From a bacterium (GTDB lineage Bacteria > Patescibacteriota > Patescibacteriia > Patescibacteriales > Patescibacteriaceae): DNA of 56,909 bases. Shown here piece after piece: positions 16,923-26,719 of the stretch. Position numbers and translations under genes: made by a program. The DNA lies in contig DAONSQ010000001.1 of assembly GCA_035411265.1 (NCBI GenBank), positions 1-56,909 on the forward strand. Reading direction: 5' to 3'. The stretch's first letter is position 1. Each line of letters starts with the position of its first letter. The notes under the pieces were generated by a model. The model searched no databases. It saw only the letters and a list, made by a program, of their open reading frames with translations, and was not told the origin of the DNA.

Positions 16923-18548
16923 TTAAAGTCCCCGCGCTTGTTCACTATCGACCACTGTTAAACTCTTATTGCGCGGCCAACGACGCTTAATTAAGCTTAC
17001 TATTTGCTGAGCTTCGCTACAATTTAAAATCAAACCAATCACCAAATAAACCACCACTCCAACCGTTGCTGATCCGATTAATTGACCGGCCACACCCCAA
17101 AACTTATTCATATCAACGATTGGAGCGATTAATTTTTTAATTTCAAAAATTATCGGCCAAGCAATCCCGGCAGCTACCAACATCTTCCAAACACCTTCAA
17201 AGATTTTAGCAGTTGCTAAAACTTTGGTTCGTAAATTTAAAATCAACCACAATAAACCCAAATTAATTAAATTACTGACCGAAAAAGCCAAAGCTAAACC
17301 GGCTACACCAAGATAATCTTTCCAAAACCAAGCTAAAATAATATTAATTACCGTTGACAATAAGCCAATCCAAAAAGGTGTCATCGAATCTTTGTGGGCG
17401 TAAAAAACTCTAGTTAAAATCGCTATCAAGGCTTGAGCAAAAATAGAAATACCAAAATAACTTAAAGTTCGCATAGTTAAAATCGTATCCCGCCAATCAA
17501 AACAGCCAGAACCCAAAATAACCCTAACAATCTGGGCTCTCAAAGAAATAATCAAAATTGTTGAAATAATCAACAAAAACAAGGCCTGACGAATAGTTTT
17601 AGTCAAACTATCGCGCAATTTATCAGGCTGATTAACTAAAGCTGACATCGTCGGAAAAGCTGCCACCGCTAAAGACAGACCAAAAATACCAACTGGAAAA
17701 GATTGTAAATTATTAGCCAAATTAAACACCGCCAAAGAACCGCTAGCCAGACCAGAAGCAATTACTGTCATTGACAATAAATTGAGTTGGCCAACCGCTA
17801 AACCTAAAGTTCGTGGCACCATAATTCGTCCAATTTTTCTCAGCTGGCTATCTCGCCAATCAACAATTGGCTGCCAATTATAACCAAAATGTTTCAAGGT
17901 TGGAATCTGGACTAGCAAATGTAGGGCCGCACCAATAACCACGCCCCAAGCTAAACCAATCAAACCAAATCTTGGTGCTAAAAATAAAGCTCCGGCAATA
18001 ATGCCTAAATTGTAAAAAATTGGCGATAATGAATAAACAAAAAAACTTTTAAACGATTGCAAAATACCGCCAGCTACTCCCGATAGGCCTAAAAATATTG
18101 GCGACAAGAACATCAAACGGCTTAGCTGAACTGTTTGCGCTAATTTTTCTGGCGAAAATCCAGGCGTTAACAAATGAAGTAATTGCGGAGCAAAAATAAC
18201 CCCAGCAACACCCAAAACTACCAAAATTATCAATAAAGAATTGGCTACTAAATTAGCAAAACGCCAAGCATCTTTTTTTTGCTCATCTTTTTCTTCATTG
18301 AGCAAGCTAATAAAGATCGGTACAAAACCAGCTGATAAAGCACCGAGGACCAATAGGTTATAAATCAGATCGGGAACCCGAAAAGCCGCATAATAAGCAT
18401 CCAGTTCATCACCAGCTCCAAATTGTCCAGCCAATATCCGATCGCGAAAAACGCCAAGGAAACGGCTGATAAATGACGACAAACCGATTACAATTGCCGC
18501 CCAGCCAACACTATCAATCGAACCATGCCAAATCTTTTTAAATCCCAT
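16923..18548 (-). CDS. murJ: Lipid II flippase MurJ (MviN family)
   Basis: 541 aa, ~14 TM segments. N-terminal motif SRFLGVFRDRILAGQFGAGDELDAYYAAFRVPDLIYNLL is typical of MurJ. Confidence 0.9.
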   Translation of the reverse strand: MGFKKIWHGSIDSVGWAAIVIGLSSFISRFLGVFRDRILAGQFGAGDELDAYYAAFRVPDLIYNLLVLGALSAGFVPIFISLLNEEKDEQKKDAWRFANLVANSLLIILVVLGVAGVIFAPQLLHLLTPGFSPEKLAQTVQLSRLMFLSPIFLGLSGVAGGILQSFKSFFVYSLSPIFYNLGIIAGALFLAPRFGLIGLAWGVVIGAALHLLVQIPTLKHFGYNWQPIVDWRDSQLRKIGRIMVPRTLGLAVGQLNLLSMTVIASGLASGSLAVFNLANNLQSFPVGIFGLSLAVAAFPTMSALVNQPDKLRDSLTKTIRQALFLLIISTILIISLRAQIVRVILGSGCFDWRDTILTMRTLSYFGISIFAQALIAILTRVFYAHKDSMTPFWIGLLSTVINIILAWFWKDYLGVAGLALAFSVSNLINLGLLWLILNLRTKVLATAKIFEGVWKMLVAAGIAWPIIFEIKKLIAPIVDMNKFWGVAGQLIGSATVGVVVYLVIGLILNCSEAQQIVSLIKRRWPRNKSLTVVDSEQARGL

Positions 18549-18551
18549 AGA

Positions 18552-19598
18552 TTAATACCCCAAACTTTTTATTTGCCTTAACATTGCCAGCTCCTCATTG
18601 GTCGCCAAAGGCATTATTGGTGCAGAACACCAGCTAGCTAATTTTTGCGAAATCGCCGCCTGCAAATCCAAGCTACCAAAACCAATAGCTCCACTAAGGA
18701 CAACGGCATCAACCTGGCCTCCTAACACAGCAAAGTAAGCTCCGATAAAATTAATGATCCGATAAATATAATAATCAAAGGCCTCCTTGGCCGCTTGTTC
18801 ACCTTTTTTTCTCGCTGTTAAAATATCTAGAAAATCGTCATAACCGCTAAGTCCCAATAAACCAGACTCCTTGTTTAGCAATTGACGAACTGTTTTAATT
18901 TTTTCGTCACTAGTTTGTCCTGGAGTTTTTTCAATAATCTCTAACAATAAACCTGGATCAAGATCACCGGTCCGTGTCATCATCGGCAATCCAGCTGTTG
19001 GTGACCAACCAAGTGAAATATCGACTGCTTTCCCTAATTTTACCGCTGAAACAGAACTCCCACCGCCCAAGTGACAAATAATTAAATTAACCTGTTCAAT
19101 TTTTTTGTTCAATTTTTCAGCAGCTGCTTGAGTTAAAAATTCATGCGATAAACCATGAAAACCATACCGATGCCAGTGATTTTCCTGAGCTATTTTCTTA
19201 GGTAAAGCATAAAGTTTGGCCACCGCTGGTAATTCAGCAAAAAAAGCCGTATCAAAGACAGCAATCTGAGGTAAATTCGGCCAATGATCCATAGCTAAAT
19301 GAATACCTAAAATATTAAATGGTAAGTGCAGTGGCGCTAAAGTAGTAATGTTTTCCAAATAGTCTAAAACTATTTGATCAATAACTGTTGGCTGACAATA
19401 ACGATCACCACCATGGACAACCCGATGACCAACTACCCTAATCTCATCGACAAAACGAAGCTCTTCAATAATCTGCTTGAAAGCCTGTTCAAAATCCTTA
19501 ACTCGGCTTGATCCGCCTTTTTTAAGAACAATTCCCTCGTCAGATAAAACTTGATATTTTAGAGAAGTTGACCCAGCATTTAACAGTAAAACAGACAT
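18552..19598 (-). CDS. ackA: Acetate kinase family protein (compact, 348 aa)
   Basis: VLLLNAGSTSLKYQV, VGHRVVHGG, CHLGGGSSVSA, MMTRTGDLDPG, SGAIGFGS and ATNEELAM match the ASKHA acetate kinase motifs in order. Confidence 0.85.
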   Translation of the reverse strand: MSVLLLNAGSTSLKYQVLSDEGIVLKKGGSSRVKDFEQAFKQIIEELRFVDEIRVVGHRVVHGGDRYCQPTVIDQIVLDYLENITTLAPLHLPFNILGIHLAMDHWPNLPQIAVFDTAFFAELPAVAKLYALPKKIAQENHWHRYGFHGLSHEFLTQAAAEKLNKKIEQVNLIICHLGGGSSVSAVKLGKAVDISLGWSPTAGLPMMTRTGDLDPGLLLEIIEKTPGQTSDEKIKTVRQLLNKESGLLGLSGYDDFLDILTARKKGEQAAKEAFDYYIYRIINFIGAYFAVLGGQVDAVVLSGAIGFGSLDLQAAISQKLASWCSAPIMPLATNEELAMLRQIKSLGY

Positions 19599-19607
19599 AT
19601 TTTTATT

Positions 19608-20516
19608 TTAAATACCGCTTGGCAATAAAGGCTCCTCCAAATAACTCGGCCGCTCTACTCCAAGTAAAGTCAGCACTGTCGGTGCAATTGACCGAAGCGA
19701 ACCACTTAGCGGCAAAGAAATTAAATCATCAGCAAAAATTTCACCTTCACCCAAACTCTGACCTTGCCATAGTCGACCAATAATTGCCAGTGGCACTGGA
19801 TTATTGCTCGGACCATAGTTTTTTTGTTCAGTTAAAGGATCAATCAAACTCTCTAGGCGACCATAGGCTGAGGTTAGCAAGATAGTCGCCCCTGATTGTT
19901 GTAATGGTTCGATTAATTTTGGCAATAATTTATCCAATAAACCAACCGCCTTAGCAGTTGCTTCCCAATTACTATAAAGAGCTACGGAGCTCCAAGCTGC
20001 TAAACTGACCACTAAAAAATCAGGCCGCTCTTCATGCCAATAGTGCAGTGCTCTTTCTATAACTTGCTGACTGGCTGCTAATGGTTGTTTTAGATAATCA
20101 TTGTTAAGCGGCGTACTAATTAAGTGATATTTAATCAAAGGCGAACGAACACCTTCGGCCAAGTAATCAGCCAGTAACGGAAACTTTTCTGTTTCCGCAA
20201 TATAAGACTGCTTTAAACCAGCCAAGTCCAATAATTCGGTCAAGCCAGTTTGATTGGCAAGATCACCTAAACCAGGAATTGCTTGACTATCTTGACCACT
20301 GCCAATTTGGCTATAAGCTTCTTTAGCCGGATAGTCAGGATGACCAGTCGTCGCTAAAGCCGCCAAAGGATATTGTTGTAAATATTCTTTTAAATTCGGC
20401 CACTTGCTATCAGTAAAAACGTTAGCAATCCCCAGAGGAGCAATCCCCCAGCCGTCCAATAAGATTAGGACGACTGGGCTGATTTTTTTATTATTTTGAC
20501 TATTATCACTCTCCAT
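19608..20516 (-). CDS. Truncated/divergent cofactor-independent phosphoglycerate-mutase-like protein (alkaline-phosphatase superfamily core)
   Basis: 302 aa. The N-terminus VVLILLDGWGIAP resembles the iPGM metal-site motif. It is far shorter than ~510-aa iPGM, and expected catalytic motifs look substituted. It sits between ackA and eno-pgk. Confidence 0.45.
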   Translation of the reverse strand: MESDNSQNNKKISPVVLILLDGWGIAPLGIANVFTDSKWPNLKEYLQQYPLAALATTGHPDYPAKEAYSQIGSGQDSQAIPGLGDLANQTGLTELLDLAGLKQSYIAETEKFPLLADYLAEGVRSPLIKYHLISTPLNNDYLKQPLAASQQVIERALHYWHEERPDFLVVSLAAWSSVALYSNWEATAKAVGLLDKLLPKLIEPLQQSGATILLTSAYGRLESLIDPLTEQKNYGPSNNPVPLAIIGRLWQGQSLGEGEIFADDLISLPLSGSLRSIAPTVLTLLGVERPSYLEEPLLPSGI

Positions 20517-20518
20517 AA

Positions 20519-21787
20519 TTAATACTGACCCGACAACTGCAATTCAATTTCCATTAAACGATTATACTTAACCAAGCGTTCACCGCGAGCAGCTGAGCCG
20601 GTTTTAATATATTCAGCACCAGTAGCAACCGCTAAATCAGCAATAAAATCATCAGTAGTTTCACCGCTTCGATGAGAAATCATGATCTTATAACCATTAG
20701 CTTGAGCGGTTTTAATACAATCAATAGTTTCAGTAACAGTACCAACCTGATTGAGCTTAATCAAAATAGCATTAGCCGCTTTACTGTCGATACCTTGTTG
20801 CAAGCGCTTAGTCTGAGTTACAAACAGATCATCGCCAATAAGCAGCATCTTGCTTCCCAATTGATTAGTCAGTTTCTGCCAGCCCTGCCAATCATCTTCA
20901 GCTAATCCATCTTCAATCGAGATAATCGGATATTTTTCTGACCATTCATTATATTTGGCAATGAGTTCATCAGCGGTAAATTCCCAGTTATCTAACGCAA
21001 ACTTATATTTACCGGTTGTTTCATCAAAAATTTCTGATGATCCAACATCCAAACCAAAGCCAATCTGTTCACCTGGCTTGTAGCCAGCCTTAGACATCGC
21101 TTCCACAATCATTTCCATCACCTGCTCGCTACGTTCAACATGAGGCGCATAACCACCTTCATTACCTAAATCTGTATCTAGATTATAAGACTTCAATACT
21201 TTACCTAAAGAATGAAAAACTTCAGAACCCATACGAATCTTTTCAGCCACTGAACCGGTAATTAATGGTAAAACCATAAATTCCTGAAAATCAACATTAG
21301 TGTCAGCATGACTGCCACCATTAAAAATATTAAAACTTGGAGTTGGAAAACGATAATTATCAGTTGCAAAACTATAAGTGCTAGCTAAATAAGCATAAAG
21401 CTCCTGACCAGTAGCTAAAGCACCAGCCCGAGCACAAGCCATAGAAACTGCCAAAATAGCATTAGCTCCTAAATTACCCTTATTTTCAGTGCCATCAAGT
21501 TCAATCATCAAGCGGTCAATTTCAATTAAAGCAGTAATTTCCTGACCAACCAATTTTGGTGCAATAATATTTTTAACATTGTTAACTGCCTTTAAAACAC
21601 CTTTACCATTATAACGAGCGGCATCACCATCGCGAAGTTCATGAGCTTCATGAATACCGGTCGAAGCACCAGAAGGAACACTAGCTTTAGCTATTAAACC
21701 ATTGTCTAAAGTTACTTTAGCTTCAACAGTTGGATTACCCCGAGAATCTAAAATCTCCCGAGCAGTCAGTTGGACAATTTTTGCCAT
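20519..21787 (-). CDS. eno: Enolase
   Basis: 422 aa. REILDSRGNPTVE, SVPSGASTG.HEA, IKLNQVGTVTET and SHRSGETTD motifs. Confidence 0.97.
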   Translation of the reverse strand: MAKIVQLTAREILDSRGNPTVEAKVTLDNGLIAKASVPSGASTGIHEAHELRDGDAARYNGKGVLKAVNNVKNIIAPKLVGQEITALIEIDRLMIELDGTENKGNLGANAILAVSMACARAGALATGQELYAYLASTYSFATDNYRFPTPSFNIFNGGSHADTNVDFQEFMVLPLITGSVAEKIRMGSEVFHSLGKVLKSYNLDTDLGNEGGYAPHVERSEQVMEMIVEAMSKAGYKPGEQIGFGLDVGSSEIFDETTGKYKFALDNWEFTADELIAKYNEWSEKYPIISIEDGLAEDDWQGWQKLTNQLGSKMLLIGDDLFVTQTKRLQQGIDSKAANAILIKLNQVGTVTETIDCIKTAQANGYKIMISHRSGETTDDFIADLAVATGAEYIKTGSAARGERLVKYNRLMEIELQLSGQY

Positions 21788-21816
21788 ACGGTTTTTTTAT
21801 ATTAATAATTAAAAGA

Positions 21817-23001
21817 TTATTCTAATAAACCAGTTAGTCCTGGCATATTTTCTCCACCTAAAAAGGCCAACATAGCTCCACCAGCTGTCGAAACCCAATC
21901 AACATAACCAGCCATTTCTGTCATCTGCAAAGCCGCCACTGTTTCACCACCACCAACTAAACCAAAGGCGGCACCACGTGATTGCCAGGCAATTTCTCTA
22001 GCCACAAACAATGTTCCATTTTTATAGTGTTCATCTTCAAACTTACCCAAAGGACCATTCCAAACAATCGTTTTAGCCTGTTTTATCTGGCGGCTAAATT
22101 CTTGAATAGTCTTGGGACCAATATCTAAAATCATTTCTTCATCCTTAACCTCTTGCGCTAAGCGCCAAGCTGGTTGGCCAGACGCGTCAGCCACAATAAC
22201 ATCACTCGGGATAATTATTTTGTCAGCAAACTCCTTAATTAACTCTTGCGCTAAAGCAATACTCTCCTCATCAGCCAAAGATTTACCAATATTATAGCCT
22301 TGAGCTGCTAAAAAATTATTAGCCAATCCGCCACCAAGTAAAATTTTATCCGCCTTTTGTCCTAGATTTTTAATCAATTTTACTTTAGTACTGACCTTGG
22401 CTCCTCCCAAAACAACCGCCAAAGGCTGCTCTGGCTGCAAGGCCTTGGATAAATTATCAACCTCGGCTTCAAGCAATAATCCAGCCCAGCTTGGTAAAAA
22501 ATCTTTAATTGCTGAAACTGAAGCTTGCTGACGATGACTCACAGCAAAGGCATCATTAATGTAACAATCAGCTAAGCTGGCCAGCTGTTCAGCAAAACTA
22601 GAATCATTAGTTAATTCACCGGGCCAAAAACGAAGATTGTCCAAAACAATAATTTTTTCTTGAGCCTGCTCAATATCTTTTTTTATTTTAATTAAATCTT
22701 GACCAGGCAAAAATTTAACCTTAACCCCCAATAATATTGCTAATTGATCAGCTATCGGCTTTAAACTGTATTTTTCCAAGGCTCCTGTCACCAGTATACC
22801 ATCAACAATTGGCTCACCTAAATGGCTAGCAATAATAATCTTATCGACTTGATCTGACAAACTTTTAATTGTTTTTAATGCAGTTTTAATTTTATAGTCC
22901 TCCGTTACCTGTCCAGCTTGCATTGGAACATTAAGATCTAGCCGCAAAAGGACTTTTTGTTTTGAAAAATTGGCCGAAGCTATAGTTTGCTTGAGTTTCA
23001 T
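21817..23001 (-). CDS. pgk: Phosphoglycerate kinase
   Basis: KVLLRLDLNVP, SHLGEP and GGGETVAA motifs. The ORF-track start 23022 is a TTG. ATG 23001 (MKLKQTI...) removes the overlap with the upstream gene. Confidence 0.93.
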   Translation of the reverse strand: MKLKQTIASANFSKQKVLLRLDLNVPMQAGQVTEDYKIKTALKTIKSLSDQVDKIIIASHLGEPIVDGILVTGALEKYSLKPIADQLAILLGVKVKFLPGQDLIKIKKDIEQAQEKIIVLDNLRFWPGELTNDSSFAEQLASLADCYINDAFAVSHRQQASVSAIKDFLPSWAGLLLEAEVDNLSKALQPEQPLAVVLGGAKVSTKVKLIKNLGQKADKILLGGGLANNFLAAQGYNIGKSLADEESIALAQELIKEFADKIIIPSDVIVADASGQPAWRLAQEVKDEEMILDIGPKTIQEFSRQIKQAKTIVWNGPLGKFEDEHYKNGTLFVAREIAWQSRGAAFGLVGGGETVAALQMTEMAGYVDWVSTAGGAMLAFLGGENMPGLTGLLE

Positions 23002-23009
23002 AAAAAAAT

Positions 23010-24089
23010 TTAAAATTGGCAATTAACTTGACGATTTTGATTATCTCTTTGGATTACCATTACTGATCGTCCGCCAATTTGGTAGCTTTGCAAAATCTCA
23101 TTTAACGTAATTTCACCGTTAAGATTGATTTCATCAACACTTAAAATAATATCCCCTTTTTTAATACCAGCTTTTTCAGCTACACCATCGGCCTCCACTT
23201 CACTGATTAAAAGTCCGCTTTTATCTGCTGATAAACGATTTAAATCAATATATTCTAAGCCTAGATTAATTCTCTTGAAGCTATTTTTAGTTAATAATCC
23301 GGTTAGCCCTGATTTAATATAGTTAACTGGAATGAATTTATTTTGGCCATTAGTTAAGCCAAACAAATCGCCTTGACCATTAAAAATGGCAGCATTAGGC
23401 CAAGAATTTGAAAATTGCCAGCGAGCTAATAATTCACTAGCATCAATGGTCATGTTTTCATTACCTTGGTTAATTCTTTCTAGCCAAATAGCTTTAAGTC
23501 CACCGCGACCATCTAAACCATAAAATAATTGTCCTGGCCGACTCCAGCCGCTTTCGCCAAGCTTAACTGAAGCCAAATTACTAGCCTGATCTAAGCGATA
23601 GAAAAAAAGACCAGTTAACGGATCAACAACTTTAGTTTTAATTTTATAACTACGATCATTACTACTAATAGCAACAACTTCATTTAAATCCTTTAACTCA
23701 CTAGCACTAACCAACCAACCGTCATTAGTTACCACCCAAGCACTAGCCAAGGGTCGATCCAAATTATATAAATCACCTTTTAAACTAGTTGTCACAACCG
23801 CTGTCTTTTCAAAAAATTTAATAACACTACTTTCTAAAGTTGGCGCTAGGCTGGCTGCTTCGTTATAATCAATTGCTATTTTTTTAATCTTATTTTCTTT
23901 ATCATGAATTGCCATTGGCCAGCCAGTAACACTTTGACCAGACAAGACATTAGCAGTTATAAAATTAGCTTGCTCTAAAGTAAAATAATACTTAATCAAA
24001 ACGATAGCTAAGCCTAAATTGATAATAATTGTTAATATCCACCAAACTAAAGAAGAAGAAACTTTTTTGTGACTAATTGATAAATTCAT
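23010..24089 (-). CDS. Membrane-anchored HtrA-like protein with C-terminal PDZ domain; catalytic triad apparently lost
   Basis: N-terminal TM helix, a trypsin-fold-like middle region, and a PDZ motif LLISEVEADGVAEKAGIKKGDIILSVDEINL. The positions expected for His, Asp and Ser appear substituted (see finding). Confidence 0.65.
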   Translation of the reverse strand: MNLSISHKKVSSSLVWWILTIIINLGLAIVLIKYYFTLEQANFITANVLSGQSVTGWPMAIHDKENKIKKIAIDYNEAASLAPTLESSVIKFFEKTAVVTTSLKGDLYNLDRPLASAWVVTNDGWLVSASELKDLNEVVAISSNDRSYKIKTKVVDPLTGLFFYRLDQASNLASVKLGESGWSRPGQLFYGLDGRGGLKAIWLERINQGNENMTIDASELLARWQFSNSWPNAAIFNGQGDLFGLTNGQNKFIPVNYIKSGLTGLLTKNSFKRINLGLEYIDLNRLSADKSGLLISEVEADGVAEKAGIKKGDIILSVDEINLNGEITLNEILQSYQIGGRSVMVIQRDNQNRQVNCQF

Positions 24090-24102
24090 AAAATTACAGT
24101 TA

Positions 24103-24855
24103 TTAAAACCACTTAGCTGTCGATAAAACTAAAATTAAGCTAATAATTATTATTAAAAATTGATATCGTAATCGTTTAACCGTATTTATTTTCAGTAGGC
24201 TAGTCCGACCTACCTGGCTAGTTAGGTAGTAGCCAACCAACAATAGATAGCCTTGGATTAAATTAGAGCTTGGCAAAAAATAAATCGCTAAAAATAATTG
24301 TCCGCCAACAAACCAATTAACTAAAACCATTGGCCAATGGTCATTTAATAACAACTCCGAAACTCGATAATCCAACCAAAGCATTATGGCTGATAATAGA
24401 AGCCAAATCAACCATGGCCAAAAAATTGGCCAAGCCAAAAAAGACTGCCAGCCATATAGAGAAGCCGCAATTAGCCAGACACTAATTAAGTTAATTGCAT
24501 TAACTAAGCGCCACCAAGCGCTGATTTGATTTTCCAACCAAGCTATTCGACCTCGATGCCAATAGCAAAATTGCAGAATAGCAGCGCTAATAATTAAAAC
24601 TTGTCGAATTATTTGACCATTAACAATTGTTAAAAAACCAGCCCAAGCCAAAAAATTAACCGCCGGTATTAATCCAGACATTAAACGATAACTAGGCTTT
24701 TTTCCACTCAAAGATAACCAGGCTGAAGCTAGCAAAAAAACCTCAACTATCGCTACTAACCAATAGATATTGCCAATCTGCCAACCTGCTAACTCTAATG
24801 AAACTAAAGTTAATAGACTTAAAACAATAGCTTTTCGACTGGTTTTAAAAATCAT
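24103..24855 (-). CDS. Hypothetical polytopic membrane protein
   Basis: 250 aa, hydrophobic and Trp-rich throughout, with about 7-8 predicted TM segments. Tightly packed in the operon. Confidence 0.65.
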   Translation of the reverse strand: MIFKTSRKAIVLSLLTLVSLELAGWQIGNIYWLVAIVEVFLLASAWLSLSGKKPSYRLMSGLIPAVNFLAWAGFLTIVNGQIIRQVLIISAAILQFCYWHRGRIAWLENQISAWWRLVNAINLISVWLIAASLYGWQSFLAWPIFWPWLIWLLLSAIMLWLDYRVSELLLNDHWPMVLVNWFVGGQLFLAIYFLPSSNLIQGYLLLVGYYLTSQVGRTSLLKINTVKRLRYQFLIIIISLILVLSTAKWF

Positions 24856-24857
24856 GT

Positions 24858-25598
24858 TTATTTTTTAGACAAACCCTCTAGAGCACGTAAAACTTCAACT
24901 GGAACAGCAAAAATAACAGTATTAGATTGATCAGAGGAAATATCATTAATCGACTGCAATGTTCTTAAATGCAAAGCACCAGGAGTAGCTGATAATGTCT
25001 GAGCTGCCTTAGCCATATTCTCAGCAGCTGCCACTTCACCTTCAGAATTAATAATCACTGCCCGCTTTTCACGCTCAGCTTCAGCTTGTTTAGCAATGGT
25101 TCTCTCCATGTTAGCTGGTAAACTAATGTCTTTTAGTTCGACATTACTAACCTTAAGACCCCAGGCATCAGTTTCGATATCAACAATTTCGCGAATCCTT
25201 TCGGCAATTTTTTCACGATTAGCCAAAAGCTCATCCAACGTGACCTCACCAACAATATTACGCATAGTAGTTTGGGCATACTGACTAATAGCATAATAAA
25301 AATTTTCTACTTCAATTACTGCTTTAGCTGCATCAAAAACCTTATAATAAAGAACCGCATTAACAATTACTGAAACATTATCTTTAGTAATAGCTTTTTG
25401 ATCTGGTACATCGACTGCTTTAATGCGCATATCAACCTTTTGATAACCTTGAAAAACTGGAATAACCAAGCGCCAACCCGGTTCCATAATTTTAGCAAAA
25501 CGTCCCATAGTAAACAAAACGCCTCGTTGATATTGATTGATCTGCCTTAAGCTAGACAAGACTAAAATTAAAACAATAATGCCAAGAGTAATTTCCAT
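24858..25598 (-). CDS. SPFH/band-7 (stomatin-like) protein
   Basis: 246 aa. N-terminal TM anchor followed by the SPFH core (YQRGVLFTMGRF..., DNVSVIVNAVLYYKV, RNIVGEVTLDELL). Confidence 0.88.
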   Translation of the reverse strand: MEITLGIIVLILVLSSLRQINQYQRGVLFTMGRFAKIMEPGWRLVIPVFQGYQKVDMRIKAVDVPDQKAITKDNVSVIVNAVLYYKVFDAAKAVIEVENFYYAISQYAQTTMRNIVGEVTLDELLANREKIAERIREIVDIETDAWGLKVSNVELKDISLPANMERTIAKQAEAEREKRAVIINSEGEVAAAENMAKAAQTLSATPGALHLRTLQSINDISSDQSNTVIFAVPVEVLRALEGLSKK

Positions 25599-25631
25599 AA
25601 AAATTTATTTAATTTATTTTAATATTCCAAT

Positions 25632-26675
25632 TTAACGCCAATAAGAGGCTCCTGTATCGCCCGACTGATATGCCGCAGCTATCTCTGGTGTTATCTTACC
25701 AGCTGATAATAATTGTTCAATAGCCCGATTAAAAGAAATCATACCTTCGCGCGATGATGTTTGAATAATCGACTGTATTTGTTCAGGCTTTTGACTGCGC
25801 AGTAAATTAGCAATGGCCGCATTATTAAACATAACTTCACGAGCTGCCACTCGACCGCCGCCAACTGCCGGTAATAGTCTTTGCGAAACTACCGCTCTTA
25901 AACACATTGATAATTTACTAGCCACTTGCAACTGCTGATAAGCCGGAAAAGAACTAACGATTCTCGATAAAGCTTCGGCAGCCGTGCTAGTATGTAGAGT
26001 TGAAAAAACCAAATGACCGGTTTCAGCAGCTGTTAAAGCCGCATCCATAGTTTCATGATCGCGCATTTCACCAACCATAATCACGTTTGGATCTTGGCGC
26101 AAAACATACTTCAGGGCTACGGCAAAGTCATTGGTATCAATATCTATTTCTCGCTGCTCAATCAAGCAGCGATCATTTTCAAAAATATATTCAATCGGAT
26201 CTTCAATCGTAATAATTTTACCCTGTCGCTCGCGATTAATCAGCCCAAGTAAACTAGCCAGCGTTGTTGACTTACCTGAACCGCAAGCTCCAACCACCAA
26301 AACCAAGCCATCATTTAAATAAGCTAAGCGCTGGATATTGTTATCTAGGCCAATTTTTTCTGGCGAAGGAATACTGCTAGAAATCAGACGAGCGGTCAAA
26401 CCAATAACTCCTCGCTGATAATGAAGATTAATACGAAACTGAACACCCGCTACGATTTTAGAAATATCCAACTCTCGATTATTTTCCAATCTTTCAGACT
26501 GATGTTCGGTTAATAGCTTGCGAACTGCTCCTGATAATTGATTGGATTCAATTTTTTCATCAGAAATCTTAACTAATTGGCCATCGATTCTTAAGTGCGG
26601 ACAATTGCCGCCAACCAAATGCAAATCAGAAGCTTTTTGCTCAATTGCTTGTTCAAAATAAAATTGTAAATCCAT
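25632..26675 (-). CDS. pilT: Type IV pilus retraction ATPase PilT
   Basis: Walker A GACGSGKSTT, Asp box, Walker B IMVGEMRD and His box GHLVFSTLHT. The ORF-track start 26747 is a TTG that overlaps queH. ATG 26675 (MDLQFYFEQAIEQKASDLHL) is the typical PilT N-terminus. Confidence 0.88.
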   Translation of the reverse strand: MDLQFYFEQAIEQKASDLHLVGGNCPHLRIDGQLVKISDEKIESNQLSGAVRKLLTEHQSERLENNRELDISKIVAGVQFRINLHYQRGVIGLTARLISSSIPSPEKIGLDNNIQRLAYLNDGLVLVVGACGSGKSTTLASLLGLINRERQGKIITIEDPIEYIFENDRCLIEQREIDIDTNDFAVALKYVLRQDPNVIMVGEMRDHETMDAALTAAETGHLVFSTLHTSTAAEALSRIVSSFPAYQQLQVASKLSMCLRAVVSQRLLPAVGGGRVAAREVMFNNAAIANLLRSQKPEQIQSIIQTSSREGMISFNRAIEQLLSAGKITPEIAAAYQSGDTGASYWR

Positions 26676-26719
26676 AGTTTTATTATTTTTTCTATTATAC
26701 CACCAAAAACCAATAAAAA

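Noticed and set aside
25632-26675. pilT as evidence of a type IV pilus gene cluster in this window
   Set aside because: It is the only pilus-related gene here; no pilB, pilC, pilM-Q or pilin genes are adjacent. It is reported as a single gene only.
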